Shown: positions 17,726 to 28,877, counted from the first letter of the stretch. The stretch: DNA of 64,000 nt from Smithellaceae bacterium (GCA_963667845.2 CAXXVL010000001.1:672001-736000), one strand, 5' to 3'. Notes: generated from the sequence alone by a model not told the origin. A program made the numbers and translations.

Positions 17726-19948
17726 ATGAAGATTAAAAATAAATCCAGAAGAGCCTATCTCGATGACCGGGAATTAAGAAAACGACGGCGTGAACGTATC
17801 CTCATGCTCGTCGTCGGCTGCCTGGCGATTATTTTTACACTCCTGGCCAGTCAACTGTCCTCCCGGAAGGAATTGCCCATATCGGCCAACATTCTGGTTT
17901 ACGGTCTGACCAGCATCAATATCATTTTGATTCTGCTTCTGCTTTTTCTGATCGTCCGCAATGTATTTAAGTTATTTTCTGAGCGCCGCAAGGGCGTGAT
18001 CGGCTCCAAATTGCGCACCAAGCTGGTTGCGGCTTTCGTCGGCTTGTCCCTGGTTCCGACTATCTTACTTTTTTTGTTTGCCATTAATCTTCTTTCCTAC
18101 TCCATTGAGTTCTTATTCAAAATTAAAATCGGTGAAGCGCTGAACCGGTCGCTGGAAGTCGCTCAGGTTTATTACACGCAAGCGGAAGAGCTGGCCAAAT
18201 TCAACGCCCGCCAGATCAGCGCGGACATCACGAAAAACCGCCTCTATGAAACGGACAGAGCAGAGTACTTAAACAGTTTCCTCTCCCAACGGCAGAAAAG
18301 TTACAAGGTCGGACGTGTGGAGGCTTACTTTGATTTTAAAGGGTCGAGCGTTGTTTTCGCCGATGCCGAAAACCCCGCTTTGACTCCCGTTAATCTGTCG
18401 CCGAAAATGCTTGAAGACATTTATTCCGGGAAGGAAATATCCGTTGTAACCCCGATCCAGGCCGGAGAAGCGATTGTCGGTGTTGTGCCGGTGTTTTCTT
18501 ACGCCGTGCCGACGGAAGTCATCGGCCGCGTATCGATTATTTACAGTGTGCCTCAGGGATTTGTGGATAAACTGCGCAGCATTGCCGACGCCTCTGAACA
18601 ATACGGGCAGATCAAACTTTTGAAGAACCCGATCAAATTCAATTACATGGTCACTCTGTCGATTGTGACCCTGGTCATTATCTTTCTCGCGACCTGGTTC
18701 GGCCTGTCGCTGGCCAAGAGCATCACGAATCCTATTCAGGATCTCGTTTCGGCAACGAACAGAATCACGCAAGGCGATCTGACCAGCCGTATCGACATTG
18801 AAGCGGATGATGAAATCGGGATTCTGGTGAAGTCGTTCAATTCAATGACGGATGATCTGCAGAAAAGCAAGGCCGGTCTGGAAGAGGCCAACATCTCTCT
18901 CGACCAGAGGCGAAAATACATGGCGGCCGTTTTGCGCAATGTGTCGGCGGGGATCATTTCGGTTGATAAAAACGGCACCATCACGACCATTAACCGCGCT
19001 GCGGAGGCCATGTTTGAAATTGATGCCGCGCAGTTTCTTTTCCGGAATTACCGGGAGCTTTTACTCGACGAACATTTGGCCCTGGTGGATGCCTTTCTGC
19101 TGGAAATGAAAGAGAGCAATGAACGTATCCTGGAAAAGCAACTGGAGCTGACGCTCAGGGACAAGGCATTGACGATCCTGCTCACGCTCACGACCATCGA
19201 GGATGAAGAAGGCAACGATTCCGGCGTCGTGGTGGTGTTTGAGGATCTCACGGAATTGCAGAAGGCGGAGCGCGCTGCCGCGTGGCGAGAGGTGGCTCGA
19301 AGAATGGCGCACGAAATCAAGAATCCGCTGACGCCCGTGCAGCTTTCCGCGCAAAGACTGCAGCGTAAGTACGGCGACAAGCTGGGCGAGGATGGTTCGG
19401 TCTTCAAGGAATGCACGCAGACCATCATTGATCAGGTGGAAGTGCTTAAAAATCTGGTCAATGAATTTTCCCGTTATGCACGGATGCCCGTGACCACTCT
19501 GGCGCCTAATGATCTCAATGCCGTCATATCGGAAGCCGTGACCCTGTTTGTCGATGCCCACAAGGATATTCATTTTGAATACAGTCCTGCGGAAGGTTTG
19601 CCCCGGTTCAATCTGGATGCCGAACAGATCAATCGGGTCATGATTAATCTGCTGGATAATGCCGTGGCCTCGATCAACAAGAAAACAGGGCATATCGGGG
19701 TTCTGGTCCGGTATGACGAGCCGCACAGGAAAGTTACCGTGGCCGTTGCCGATGACGGAGCGGGCGTGCCGGCCAGTTACAAGCGCAAAGTATTTGAACC
19801 CTATTTTTCAACCAAGAAGTCGGGAACGGGACTGGGGCTCGCCATTGTCAGCTCCATCATATCGGATCATAAAGGTCAGGTCAGCGTCAGTGACAACTAT
19901 CCGACGGGTACGATCGTATCTTTTCAGTTGCCCGTTTCCGAAGTTTAA
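17726..19948 (+). CDS. ntrY: NtrY-type sensor histidine kinase (HAMP-PAS-HisKA-HATPase)
   Basis: GSKLRTKLV, HAMP DEIG.L..SFN.M, AWREVARRMAHEIKNPLTP, GTGLGL. Confidence 0.92.
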   Translation: MKIKNKSRRAYLDDRELRKRRRERILMLVVGCLAIIFTLLASQLSSRKELPISANILVYGLTSINIILILLLLFLIVRNVFKLFSERRKGVIGSKLRTKLVAAFVGLSLVPTILLFLFAINLLSYSIEFLFKIKIGEALNRSLEVAQVYYTQAEELAKFNARQISADITKNRLYETDRAEYLNSFLSQRQKSYKVGRVEAYFDFKGSSVVFADAENPALTPVNLSPKMLEDIYSGKEISVVTPIQAGEAIVGVVPVFSYAVPTEVIGRVSIIYSVPQGFVDKLRSIADASEQYGQIKLLKNPIKFNYMVTLSIVTLVIIFLATWFGLSLAKSITNPIQDLVSATNRITQGDLTSRIDIEADDEIGILVKSFNSMTDDLQKSKAGLEEANISLDQRRKYMAAVLRNVSAGIISVDKNGTITTINRAAEAMFEIDAAQFLFRNYRELLLDEHLALVDAFLLEMKESNERILEKQLELTLRDKALTILLTLTTIEDEEGNDSGVVVVFEDLTELQKAERAAAWREVARRMAHEIKNPLTPVQLSAQRLQRKYGDKLGEDGSVFKECTQTIIDQVEVLKNLVNEFSRYARMPVTTLAPNDLNAVISEAVTLFVDAHKDIHFEYSPAEGLPRFNLDAEQINRVMINLLDNAVASINKKTGHIGVLVRYDEPHRKVTVAVADDGAGVPASYKRKVFEPYFSTKKSGTGLGLAIVSSIISDHKGQVSVSDNYPTGTIVSFQLPVSEV

Positions 19949-19978
19949 TTTATGAATGAAAGAAGTTGAGAAAAATAT

Positions 19979-21349
19979 ATGAATGAAACCATTCTTGTCG
20001 TCGATGATGAAATCAGTATTTGCCAGTCGCTGAAGGCTATTCTGGAGGACGAAGGTTACCAGGTGCTGGTCGCGGGCAGCGGGGAAGAGGCCATCAAGAT
20101 CGTGGCCGAAGAAATGCCGCAGCTGGTTCTTCTGGATATCTGGCTGCCCGGCATGGACGGTTTGGAAACGCTCAAAGCCATCCATGCCGCCCATCCGAAT
20201 GTGCTCGTCATCATGATGTCCGGCCACGGGACCATCGAGACGGCCGTGAAAGCAACCAAGCTCGGTGCTTTTGATTTTATTGAAAAGCCTCTGTCTTTGG
20301 ACAAAGTGATCATCCTGGTGGGAAACGCGCTGAACGTGGTTCGCCTGGAAGAGGAAAATATTCTCTTAAAACAAAAGGTCTCGCATCAGTTTGAGCTTAC
20401 CGGCAACAGCCCGCTTATTACCGAACTCAAGGAAATGATCAATATCGTCGCGCCGACCAATGCCTGGATTTTAATCATGGGGGAAAACGGGACGGGAAAG
20501 GAATTGGTGGCGCGTTCCATTCACCATTTGAGCCGCCGGTCGCACAAGCCGATTGTGGAGGTCAACTGCGCGGCAATTCCGGAAGAACTGATCGAAAGCG
20601 AACTCTTCGGGCACGAAAAAGGGGCCTTTACCGGAGCGACTGAAAAGAAGCGCGGTAAATTCGACCTGGCCCATGAAGGGACAATTTTCCTGGATGAAGT
20701 TGCCGATATGAGCCTCAAGGCGCAGGCGAAGATTCTGCGCATCCTGCAGGAGAAGAAATTCGAGCGCGTGGGCGGCAATAAAGTCATCGATATGGACGTC
20801 CGGGTGCTTGCCGCGACGAATAAAGATCTGGAAAAAGAAATGGAGGCGGGCCGGTTCCGCCAGGATCTGTATTATCGATTGCATGTTATTCCGTTGCACG
20901 TCCCGCCGCTCAGAGACAGAAAAGAAGATATTCCGTTTTTGACGGAGCGCTTTCTCCAGGATTTTGCAACCAAAGAAGGGCAATCACCGAAGGTTATTTC
21001 CGGCGGCGCCATGGAGCGACTCCTGGGGCACGACTGGCCCGGAAATGTCCGTGAACTGAAAAATATTGTCGAGCGGCTGATCATTCTGACGCCGTCCAAT
21101 GAAATCAGGGCGGATGACATCCCGGAGCTCAGTATCAAATTCGATCAAAACGCCCTCACTGCGGAATCATCCCTGGCCAGCGATTCGTTAAGAGACGCCA
21201 GACTGGATTTTGAAAGACAGTTCATTATTAAGAAGCTCGAAGAATACGACGGCAATATTTCCAAAACGGCGGAAGCCATCGGCCTGGAACGCAGCAACCT
21301 GCATAAAAAACTCAAAAGCCTGAAAGTGGTGACGAGGGATCAGGGATAG
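19979..21349 (+). CDS. ntrX: NtrX-type sigma-54-interacting response regulator
   Basis: REC domain (LLDIWLPGMDG), GENGTGKE, GAFTGA, WPGNVREL, Fis-type HTH. Confidence 0.92.
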   Translation: MNETILVVDDEISICQSLKAILEDEGYQVLVAGSGEEAIKIVAEEMPQLVLLDIWLPGMDGLETLKAIHAAHPNVLVIMMSGHGTIETAVKATKLGAFDFIEKPLSLDKVIILVGNALNVVRLEEENILLKQKVSHQFELTGNSPLITELKEMINIVAPTNAWILIMGENGTGKELVARSIHHLSRRSHKPIVEVNCAAIPEELIESELFGHEKGAFTGATEKKRGKFDLAHEGTIFLDEVADMSLKAQAKILRILQEKKFERVGGNKVIDMDVRVLAATNKDLEKEMEAGRFRQDLYYRLHVIPLHVPPLRDRKEDIPFLTERFLQDFATKEGQSPKVISGGAMERLLGHDWPGNVRELKNIVERLIILTPSNEIRADDIPELSIKFDQNALTAESSLASDSLRDARLDFERQFIIKKLEEYDGNISKTAEAIGLERSNLHKKLKSLKVVTRDQG

Positions 21350-21464
21350 CCTATCAGGCTGTAGTCCATTAGGCTATCAGGTCTTTTTTGATGGCCTTCG
21401 GTCTTTTTCATTCGGCGTGTCACGCGCCGCACATTGTCAACCTAATAGTCTAAAAGCCTACCGT

Positions 21465-22445
21465 CTATTGGTCTTTATTCATCTGTTTCGTCATATCCGT
21501 AATGGAAAATTTATTGAAAGGCAGAAAGGCAACGCCCAGAACGATCAGTACGATCATGGACATAAAATGGTAAACCAGGGCGAAGGAAAGAGCTTCGGGT
21601 TTCGCTATGCCGAACAGACTTAATCCCAGGATACAGGCATAGTGCCAGTTGCCGATAAAGCCCGGTGCGGTCGGGATGGCGATGCCCGCAATGAGAATCA
21701 CCATGACGACGAAGGCCGCCAGAACCGGCAGGCCGAAGCCGAATGCCGCGAGCAGCGTGTAAATTGCGGCGACATCCACAAGCCAGACTGCGGCGGAGAG
21801 AAACAATAAGTAGAGCAGTCTTTTGACGTCTGTGATGACCTGAAACCCGTCAATAAAATGATGGATTACGTTATTGACTTTTTGAGAAAGCTTGCCGGGC
21901 AGCCGGCGCAGAATTCTGTCGATTAATTTAACGGCCGCTTCTCTACGCCAGATGAGGCCGATCATGCAGGCGATCATCAACAGGGTCAGAATAAAAAAAA
22001 GGATGCCGGATTTAATCATCCATGGCGGCAAGTCCTGCAGAATCAACACGGCCACGGTAATGGTCAGCACGGACAGGCTGTCCAGCACTCGTTCCACAAC
22101 GACGGTTCCGAGCGCCGCCGACATCTTGATTGCGCTTTTCTTGGCGATTAGATAGGGTCTGGCCAGCTCACCGATCCGGGCCGGAATCGCGGCGATAGCG
22201 AGAAATCCTACACTGGTGACGGCAAAAAGCGTAAACTGAGGGATGGATTCCATGGGCTGCAGGATGACGCCCCACCGGTAAGACCGCAGCGCCTGCATCA
22301 AGACGATGAAGAAGAGAGATAAAGCGGCATAGCCCAGATCGATTTTCTTCATGTCGGAGAGCGTTTGATCAAAATTGATTCCCCGAACCGAGAAGTAAAT
22401 CAGAACAATGCCGAGCACAATGCCGAAGAGGAGTTTCTTATTCAT
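21465..22445 (-). CDS. Lysylphosphatidylglycerol synthase TM domain / flippase-like membrane protein
   Basis: LRSYRW, IPARIGELARPY, TVVVERVLD, PTAPGFIG; multiple TM helices. Confidence 0.88.
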   Translation of the reverse strand: MNKKLLFGIVLGIVLIYFSVRGINFDQTLSDMKKIDLGYAALSLFFIVLMQALRSYRWGVILQPMESIPQFTLFAVTSVGFLAIAAIPARIGELARPYLIAKKSAIKMSAALGTVVVERVLDSLSVLTITVAVLILQDLPPWMIKSGILFFILTLLMIACMIGLIWRREAAVKLIDRILRRLPGKLSQKVNNVIHHFIDGFQVITDVKRLLYLLFLSAAVWLVDVAAIYTLLAAFGFGLPVLAAFVVMVILIAGIAIPTAPGFIGNWHYACILGLSLFGIAKPEALSFALVYHFMSMIVLIVLGVAFLPFNKFSITDMTKQMNKDQ

Positions 22446-22484
22446 GAAGATGCCAAACCGGCCCTTATCAGTGTTGTAGAAAAA

Positions 22485-22586
22485 TCAACGACCTCGCAGC
22501 AAGGGGGTCGAGGTATGAAATGAACGTCATTATTTCGCAGCAAGCTACAGGGAATTAACGCTCGTCCCCAAGTGAGCAGGATTAAA
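22485..22586 (+). repeat. ~100-bp dispersed repeat, copy 1 (IS200/IS605-end-like MITE)
   Basis: ACCTCGCAGCAAG..TCGAGGTATGAAATGAACGTCATTATTTCGCAGCAAGC..GGAATTAACGCTCGT..GGATTAAA; other copies at 29855 and 45481. Confidence 0.85.
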
Positions 22587-22986
22587 TTTTGGCCAGATTT
22601 TCGGCAATTTTATCGTGAAGAAGCTGAGAAGACAATTTGTTTCCGACCAGTCCCACTCGGATCGCCACGGTCGTCTGATTCTTAGCCCGATAGGTAATTT
22701 CTATCTTTACCTTTTCGTCATTGATCCGCGCTGAAATTTTCCCCTGAGCGATTTCTTTTGCGGGTTCCACTTCCGTACCGCGCATATCGGCGACCGTCTT
22801 TTCGCACGCGCTCCACACCTTATCAAATGGCGCGAAGTAGTCCGTTTTGAGTTCGCCGTTAACATAAAAATAAGTTCCCGTACTGGCACCTACTGCGGCA
22901 CCGCCTACAACCAGCGCCGCAGCGCAGCCGGAAAGAAGAAAAAGAACAAATAAGCATAGAATGAAGCGATATTGGCGGCTTTTCAT
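22582..22986 (-). CDS. DUF3568 family lipoprotein
   Basis: Lipobox LSGC followed by AAALVVGGAAVG; YVNGEL; T.VAIRVG. Confidence 0.8.
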   Translation of the reverse strand: MKSRQYRFILCLFVLFLLSGCAAALVVGGAAVGASTGTYFYVNGELKTDYFAPFDKVWSACEKTVADMRGTEVEPAKEIAQGKISARINDEKVKIEITYRAKNQTTVAIRVGLVGNKLSSQLLHDKIAENLAKI

Positions 22987-23065
22987 ATTTGCTCCTCCAG
23001 ATCATTTGAATTGAGCCGTTTTAAACATATTGTCGGATGGATTGCAACCTATTATGTCCGGGACG

Positions 23066-24127
23066 TTACGATCTGAGTTTTTCAAATTCCCGCAGGAGGT
23101 CTTCCTGCTTTTTCGTCAGGTCCGTTGGTACCTGAACAAAGACCTCGATGATCTGGTCGCCGCGGCCGTATCCCTGCAGATGAGGTATTCCCTTTCCCTT
23201 AAGACGGAAGGTGCGGCCCGTTTGGGTGCCCCGGGGGATTTTCAGTTTTTCAGTTTCTTTGAGCGTGGGAACTTCAATCGTAGCGCCCAGGGAGGCCTGA
23301 ACGAAAGAAATGGGGACGCGGCAAATGATATCGTCATCCGAGCGAACGAAGAAATCGTGCTCTTCCACCTGCAAAAAGACGTATAAATCACCGCTGGGGC
23401 CGCCAAGCTCGCCTGCTTCGCCTTCGCTGCGCAGCCGCAGCCGTGAGCCGGTTTCCACACCGGCGGGGATTTTTAATTCCACCGTTTTACGCTGCCGTTC
23501 TTTCCCCGTTCCGCGGCAGTTCGAGCAGGGTTTCGTGATGAATTTACCCTGTCCATGACAGTGGGGACAGGTGGAACTGATGGTGAAAAATCCGCTCGAC
23601 TGAACAACCTGACCGCGTCCGTGGCAGGTGGGACAGGTGGCAGGAACTGTGCCCGGCGCCGCTCCCGTGCCTTCGCAGGCATGACAGGTCAGAAACTTTT
23701 CCAGGTCGATGGTCGTCGTTATCCCGAAGGCTGCATCGAGAAATGATATTTTCATATCATATCGCAGGTCCGCGCCGGCTCTTGCCGCCTGACGCGATCG
23801 TCCGCGGCCGCGCTGGCGTCCGAAGCCGAATACATCTTCAAAAATATCTCCGAAATTAGCGAAAACATCATCGAATCCGCTGAATCCCTGGAACCCGGTA
23901 TTGCTTAAGCCGGCATGACCGTAACGGTCATAAATCTCACGCTTCTGCCTGTCGCTTAAAACTTCATAGGCTTCCGCGGCTTCTTTGAATCTTTCTTCGG
24001 CCTGCTTGTCTCCGGGGTTTTTATCGGGGTGACACTGCATCGCGATTTTGCGGTAATTTTTTTTCAGTTCTTCATCTGTGGCCGTTCTGCCGACGCCCAG
24101 AATTTCATAGTAATCCTTCTTGGTCAT
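23066..24127 (-). CDS. dnaJ: Chaperone DnaJ
   Basis: J-domain with HPD, G/F-rich region, four CxxCxGxG zinc motifs. Confidence 0.97.
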   Translation of the reverse strand: MTKKDYYEILGVGRTATDEELKKNYRKIAMQCHPDKNPGDKQAEERFKEAAEAYEVLSDRQKREIYDRYGHAGLSNTGFQGFSGFDDVFANFGDIFEDVFGFGRQRGRGRSRQAARAGADLRYDMKISFLDAAFGITTTIDLEKFLTCHACEGTGAAPGTVPATCPTCHGRGQVVQSSGFFTISSTCPHCHGQGKFITKPCSNCRGTGKERQRKTVELKIPAGVETGSRLRLRSEGEAGELGGPSGDLYVFLQVEEHDFFVRSDDDIICRVPISFVQASLGATIEVPTLKETEKLKIPRGTQTGRTFRLKGKGIPHLQGYGRGDQIIEVFVQVPTDLTKKQEDLLREFEKLRS

Positions 24128-24522
24128 GCGCTTTGTTTTGCTTCCTCCGCTTTCATCGCCGCCGCGAGCGCGTTCAACGCTTCCGCATTATGGGCAGTTT
24201 CCAGGGCATGCCGGGCGAACAGATATTTCTTCAGATCAATGGCCCGACGTGCGATTTCTTCCCAATCGGTGTTTCGAAGTTCGATATTCAGTGATTTGGC
24301 CGCGCCCCGGAAGAGAAAAGCATCGCCTTGCTCGAGTGCAAGATCCCTGATTTTTTGCATGCCGGCCTGATGCGAGGCTTTGGTATAGAAATCCAGGGCG
24401 TCGGAAAGCGCGCCGGCTTCTACATACAAGTCCCCGTAGCTGATCAGTGTCGCGGGTGACGTCTTATCGATATACAATATTTTTTGTTTTGACCGGTAAT
24501 CCGGCAGTTTTCTCAAACTCAA
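24124..24522 (-). CDS. Hypothetical helical protein coupled to dnaJ
   Basis: TTG start after GAGGAG RBS; stop overlaps the dnaJ ATG (ATGA). Confidence 0.7.
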   Translation of the reverse strand: MSLRKLPDYRSKQKILYIDKTSPATLISYGDLYVEAGALSDALDFYTKASHQAGMQKIRDLALEQGDAFLFRGAAKSLNIELRNTDWEEIARRAIDLKKYLFARHALETAHNAEALNALAAAMKAEEAKQSA

Positions 24523-24591
24523 GATTTTCTCCTCAAAAAATTACGCTACGTAATTTAATAAAAAACTGACCGCTGTCAATCCTTTTAGGTG

Positions 24592-25473
24592 TTATCTCAC
24601 CAGACGGGCAAAGGCCTCTTCATACTTTAACCTGGTTTTCTCGATGATGTCCGGCGGCAATTCAGGTGCAGGCGGTTTTTGGTTCCAGTGAAGTGAAAGC
24701 AGGTAATCGCGCAAAAACTGTTTATCAAAACTTCGTTGCGCCCGGCCTTCTTCGTACTCATCGGCCGGCCAGAACCGGGACGAATCGGGTGTCAGCAATT
24801 CGTCGATCAGAATCAGCTCGTTGCCGATTAAACCGAACTCCATCTTGGTGTCGGCGATAATGATGCCGGCTTTCAGCGCGATTGCCGCCGCCCGCTCGTA
24901 AATGGCGATGGACTTTTTAATCACCTTGTCGGTGAGCTCCGTCCCGATAATGTCCTCCATTTCGGAACGCGTGATCGGCGCGTCATGATCCCCCTCCGGG
25001 GCCTTCGTTGTCGGAGTGAAAAGCGTTTGCGGAAGCTTGGCGGACTCCTTCAATCCTTCCGGCAGCTTAATGCCTGAGATGGACTGGCTGTGGCGATAGT
25101 CCTTCCAGCCGGAGCCGGACAGATACCCCCGGACGATGCATTCCACGGGCAGCGGCGTTGCTTTTTTGACCAGCATGCTGCGGCCTTCCAGACTTTCGAA
25201 ATACGGCGCGCACTCCGGCGGAAAATCGGCTGCGTCCGTCGAAACGATATGGTTTCCGATGACATCCTCCATCTGTTTGAACCAGAAGGCTGACATTTTA
25301 TTGAGAATCGCACCTTTGCCCGGAATCGGGTTGGGCATAATGACATCGAAGGCGGAAATCCGGTCGGTGGCCACCAGGAGTAAATAATCTCTCACGGCAT
25401 AGAGGTCGCGCACCTTGCCGCGGTTGAGGAATTTCAGCTTCGGAAAGTTCGTCTGGGAAATTATTTTTGTCAT
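24592..25473 (-). CDS. purC: SAICAR synthetase
   Basis: RGKVRDLY, TDRISAFD, ECIVRGYLSGSG, IADTKMEFG, DELLTPDSSRFW; ATG 25473 after AGGAG. Confidence 0.97.
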   Translation of the reverse strand: MTKIISQTNFPKLKFLNRGKVRDLYAVRDYLLLVATDRISAFDVIMPNPIPGKGAILNKMSAFWFKQMEDVIGNHIVSTDAADFPPECAPYFESLEGRSMLVKKATPLPVECIVRGYLSGSGWKDYRHSQSISGIKLPEGLKESAKLPQTLFTPTTKAPEGDHDAPITRSEMEDIIGTELTDKVIKKSIAIYERAAAIALKAGIIIADTKMEFGLIGNELILIDELLTPDSSRFWPADEYEEGRAQRSFDKQFLRDYLLSLHWNQKPPAPELPPDIIEKTRLKYEEAFARLVR

Positions 25474-25486
25474 GTCGTTTACTCCT

Positions 25487-26116
25487 TTAGCGAACTGAGG
25501 GATTATACTTTTTCTCATGGCCGATCGTGGATGTCGGCGTCCGGCCGTAATTGTGGCCGGGCAGGACCCTGGTCTCTTCCGGCAGGGTGAAAAGTTTCGC
25601 CTTGATCGCTTCATACATGGTCTGCCAGGAACCGCCGGGCAAATCCGTGCGGCCGACGGCTTCGACAAAGAGTGTATCACCCGTGAAGACATAACCGGGC
25701 GTATAGAGACACATGCCGCCGGGTGAGTGGCCGGGCGTGTGGATGACTTTCAGACTGACATTACCGACGGATATCGTTTGTCCGTCGGCAACCAGAATAT
25801 CGGCCGGCGGCGACTGCACCGCACCGAACATCCGCAGCATGGCTGCCGGTGTGGAGGTGAGCATGACAGCGTCGTTTTCATGAACGATGATCTTCGCGCC
25901 GGTTAGTTTCTTCATCTCGGCATTTCCGCCGATGTGATCCACATGGCCGTGCGTGTTGATGATATAGTTGATTCGTAAATTATTTTTCGCCGCCACCGCC
26001 AGAATATCATGGACATTATCGGCCGGATCGATGACCAGCGCGTCGCCGGTTACAGGGTCGCCGACCAGATAGGCAAAAACCGCCATATGGCCGACCTGCA
26101 TCTGCTCTAGAAACAT
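25487..26116 (-). CDS. MBL-fold metallo-hydrolase (glyoxalase II-like)
   Basis: THGHVDH, HTPGHSPG, FTGDTLF, GRTDL, PGH. Confidence 0.92.
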   Translation of the reverse strand: MFLEQMQVGHMAVFAYLVGDPVTGDALVIDPADNVHDILAVAAKNNLRINYIINTHGHVDHIGGNAEMKKLTGAKIIVHENDAVMLTSTPAAMLRMFGAVQSPPADILVADGQTISVGNVSLKVIHTPGHSPGGMCLYTPGYVFTGDTLFVEAVGRTDLPGGSWQTMYEAIKAKLFTLPEETRVLPGHNYGRTPTSTIGHEKKYNPSVR

Positions 26117-26176
26117 AAGCACTCCTTCAGGAATTATGGGAGCGTAAGCTAGCATAATAGTGCTGAATTCGTCAAT

Positions 26177-27523
26177 TCAATTCCGGTAGCGCAAAACAGC
26201 CCCGAAAAAACCATCCATCGTGTGACGGTGAGGATAACTTTTGAAAAAACCGCGATTGTCCACGAGCGTGTCCGAAACAGCCGGATGCCGGGTTTCGACG
26301 GCAAAGTGCGGAAAGTCGGACACGAACTGTCTGACGATGTCTTCATTTTCCGCAATCAGAAGGGAACAGGTACAGTAGATCAGACGGCCACCCTTTTTAA
26401 CCGCCCCGGCGGCATTCTTTAATACCGCTCTCTGCGAGACCGTCAGGGATTGAATGTCGCCTTCTTTCAGCCTCCATTTGATTTCCGGATTGCGTCTCAG
26501 CGTACCCGTTCCGGAGCAGGGAGCGTCCACCAGAACGTGGTCGAATTTCCCGGCGAATTCGGACGGCAGAGGCCCCGCAAGATCCGCAAGCCCAGCTTCG
26601 ATGATCGAAGCCCCTATTCTCAGGGACTCGTTTTTCAACTGCACGATTTTTCCCGCATCACGATCCAGCGCGACAATCCGGCCTTCATTTTTCATCAGGG
26701 CGGCCAGGTGTCCCGTCTTGCCCCCGCTGCCTGCGCAAGCATCCAGAACGTTTTCACCGCCCTCCGGGTTGACCAGGTATGAAACCAATTGAGCCGCCTC
26801 ATCCTGAATTCGCATGAGACCGTCTTTAAAGAAAAATGTTTTCTGAATCGGCCGAGGAGGATCGTGAAGTGTTATCCCGTCTTGGGAAAACTTCGTCGGA
26901 TCGCAGCTGAAGTCTTCGCCTTGCAGTCGCGCCGCGAGCTCCGGCCTGGAAATTTTCAAGGTGTTGACACGGAGAGTCAGGGGCGGCAATTCGTTATCGG
27001 CACGGCACAGAGCGACCGTTTCCTCCGGACCGAAAATGCCGAGCCAGAGTTTAACGAGCCAGACCGGATGGGAGTAAAATGCCGCAATATGTTCCGCCGG
27101 ATTTTTCTCCATGGACGGGAAAACAATTTTGTCCGTGTTGCGCAGGTAGCTTCTTAAAACGGCATTGGTCAGTCCGTCGGCGGCCGGGGCTATGCGTTTC
27201 GCGATTTTGACGGCTTCGTCAACCACGGCAAAGGCCGGCAGCCGATCGCTGAACTTGAGCTGATAAAGGGCTGTTCGCAGGATATTCTTAACGCTTTCTT
27301 CCATCTTGGCATAATCGCCGCGATAAAGCTGGGTCAGAATCCAGTCCAAATGCCCCTGCATGCGCAGTGCACCGTAAACCAGGTGGGTCAGCAGGCGACC
27401 ATCCGCCGATTGGGAGAGACTCTGCTCATCGAGGCTGGCATCCAGCAAATCTCCGGCAAATGCATCGCTTAGTGCGACGCGATTGAGAATGTCGACGGCG
27501 ATATGACGAATGGACTTCTTCAT
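26177..27523 (-). CDS. rsmB: 16S rRNA m5C967 methyltransferase RsmB/Sun
   Basis: NusB-like N-terminal domain, LRVNTLK, QDEAAQ, DACAGSGGK, DAPCSG.G.LRRNPE, YCTCS. Confidence 0.95.
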   Translation of the reverse strand: MKKSIRHIAVDILNRVALSDAFAGDLLDASLDEQSLSQSADGRLLTHLVYGALRMQGHLDWILTQLYRGDYAKMEESVKNILRTALYQLKFSDRLPAFAVVDEAVKIAKRIAPAADGLTNAVLRSYLRNTDKIVFPSMEKNPAEHIAAFYSHPVWLVKLWLGIFGPEETVALCRADNELPPLTLRVNTLKISRPELAARLQGEDFSCDPTKFSQDGITLHDPPRPIQKTFFFKDGLMRIQDEAAQLVSYLVNPEGGENVLDACAGSGGKTGHLAALMKNEGRIVALDRDAGKIVQLKNESLRIGASIIEAGLADLAGPLPSEFAGKFDHVLVDAPCSGTGTLRRNPEIKWRLKEGDIQSLTVSQRAVLKNAAGAVKKGGRLIYCTCSLLIAENEDIVRQFVSDFPHFAVETRHPAVSDTLVDNRGFFKSYPHRHTMDGFFGAVLRYRN

Positions 27524-27690
27524 AGCCCGGGGTTCCGTTTGGCGGTTTGAGGTGCAGGGATAATAATAAATCTCCTCTCATCAGGCAATTGTCCGGCTCT
27601 TTTCCAACCCGGGATTGCCGGCAAAAATAAGGATAGTCCGGTAAAAATATTTTCAAGAACAGGTGTTTTAAAAATTGTATAATGCGTCAT
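27520..27690 (-). pseudogene. 56-aa remnant resembling the N-terminus of a PlsC-like acyltransferase
   Basis: TIFKTPV..GWKRAGQLP..FIIIPAPQT resembles, from memory, TIFDTPV..GWK..G.LP...VLIAAPHTSNWD; catalytic HxxxxD absent. Confidence 0.5.
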
Positions 27691-27758
27691 ATGTTTTCCC
27701 AATCCAGGCGGTCGATTCTTTTGCCCCGGGGAATCAAAACCACTCTCTTTTTCGCGGG

Positions 27759-28697
27759 TCAATTGAAAATCGTTTCCGGCTTTATCCGGTAGCCGCGCAG
27801 AAAATCGCCGATCGGCATTCTTTTTTTCCCGGCCAGTTGAACCTCTTTCACGAGCACATGACCGTCGGAAGCCGCAACCGGTAAACCGTCGGCTGAGGCC
27901 TGGCCAACGGTACCGGCGGGCCCGTCGACACGCTGGGCCCGGGCTTCGGCCAGATATATTTTCAAAGTCTGTCCGTCCAGAAGTGTGTAGGCTGCGGGCG
28001 TCGGGCAAAGGCCGCGGATGAGGTTGACGATCTGGTGAACGGGGTCGCTCCAGTTGATTCTTCCGGTTTCTTTGGTCAATCGTGGAGCAAAAGTTACGAG
28101 CGAAGGATCCTGCTTTCGTCTCTGAACAGTGCCGGAAGCAACCTGTTCCACCGTTTTGAGGAGCATCGTCGCGCCGAGATCGGCCAGCCGGTCGTGCAGC
28201 TCGCCGAAAGTTTCCATCGTGCGGATTTCCGTTGATTCCTGCAGCAGAATATCGCCGGAATCCATGCCTTCATCCATCAGCATGATGGTTACGCCGGTTT
28301 GCGTTTCACCGCGGATGATGCTCCAGTTAAGCGGCGCCGCGCCCCTGTATTTTGGCAGAAGCGACGGATGGATATTGAGACAGCCAAGCGTCGGAAAATC
28401 GATGATCGCTTTGGGCAGAATCTGACCGAATGCCGCCACGACAATCATATCGGGATTGAGCGTATGAAGGATTTCCAGAAAACGCTGCCCTTTGACTTTC
28501 TCGGGCTGCCAGACGGGCAGGCCCAGTTTGAGGGCAAGGCTTTTGACCGGCGGTGCAATCTCTTTTTGCCCGCGCCCTGATGGACGATCCGGCTGTGTGA
28601 CGACTCCGATGATCGGATAAGAATGGCTGGTGAGCCCATCGAGGGCGGGCAGGGCAAAGGCCGGAGTGCCCATAAAAAGGATCCGCGGTCTGGTCAT
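27759..28697 (-). CDS. fmt: Methionyl-tRNA formyltransferase
   Basis: FMGTP.FA, TQPDRP.GRG, NIHPSLLPKYRGAAP, DEGMDSGD. Confidence 0.97.
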   Translation of the reverse strand: MTRPRILFMGTPAFALPALDGLTSHSYPIIGVVTQPDRPSGRGQKEIAPPVKSLALKLGLPVWQPEKVKGQRFLEILHTLNPDMIVVAAFGQILPKAIIDFPTLGCLNIHPSLLPKYRGAAPLNWSIIRGETQTGVTIMLMDEGMDSGDILLQESTEIRTMETFGELHDRLADLGATMLLKTVEQVASGTVQRRKQDPSLVTFAPRLTKETGRINWSDPVHQIVNLIRGLCPTPAAYTLLDGQTLKIYLAEARAQRVDGPAGTVGQASADGLPVAASDGHVLVKEVQLAGKKRMPIGDFLRGYRIKPETIFN

Positions 28698-28877
28698 GGA
28701 GTTACTTCCTTGCTGTTTTTTGCACTCTATATGGAATTAACTGAAGCGTGTCAAGAATTACCGTGACCGGCGGTATTATTGCATTTTTGCTATTGTCAAT
28801 TTGCCTGTCCTGTTTTATATTAAGATCAAAGAATGTCAAATTACGGCAGGACGTTATTTCACGAAAGGAGATGGAGC

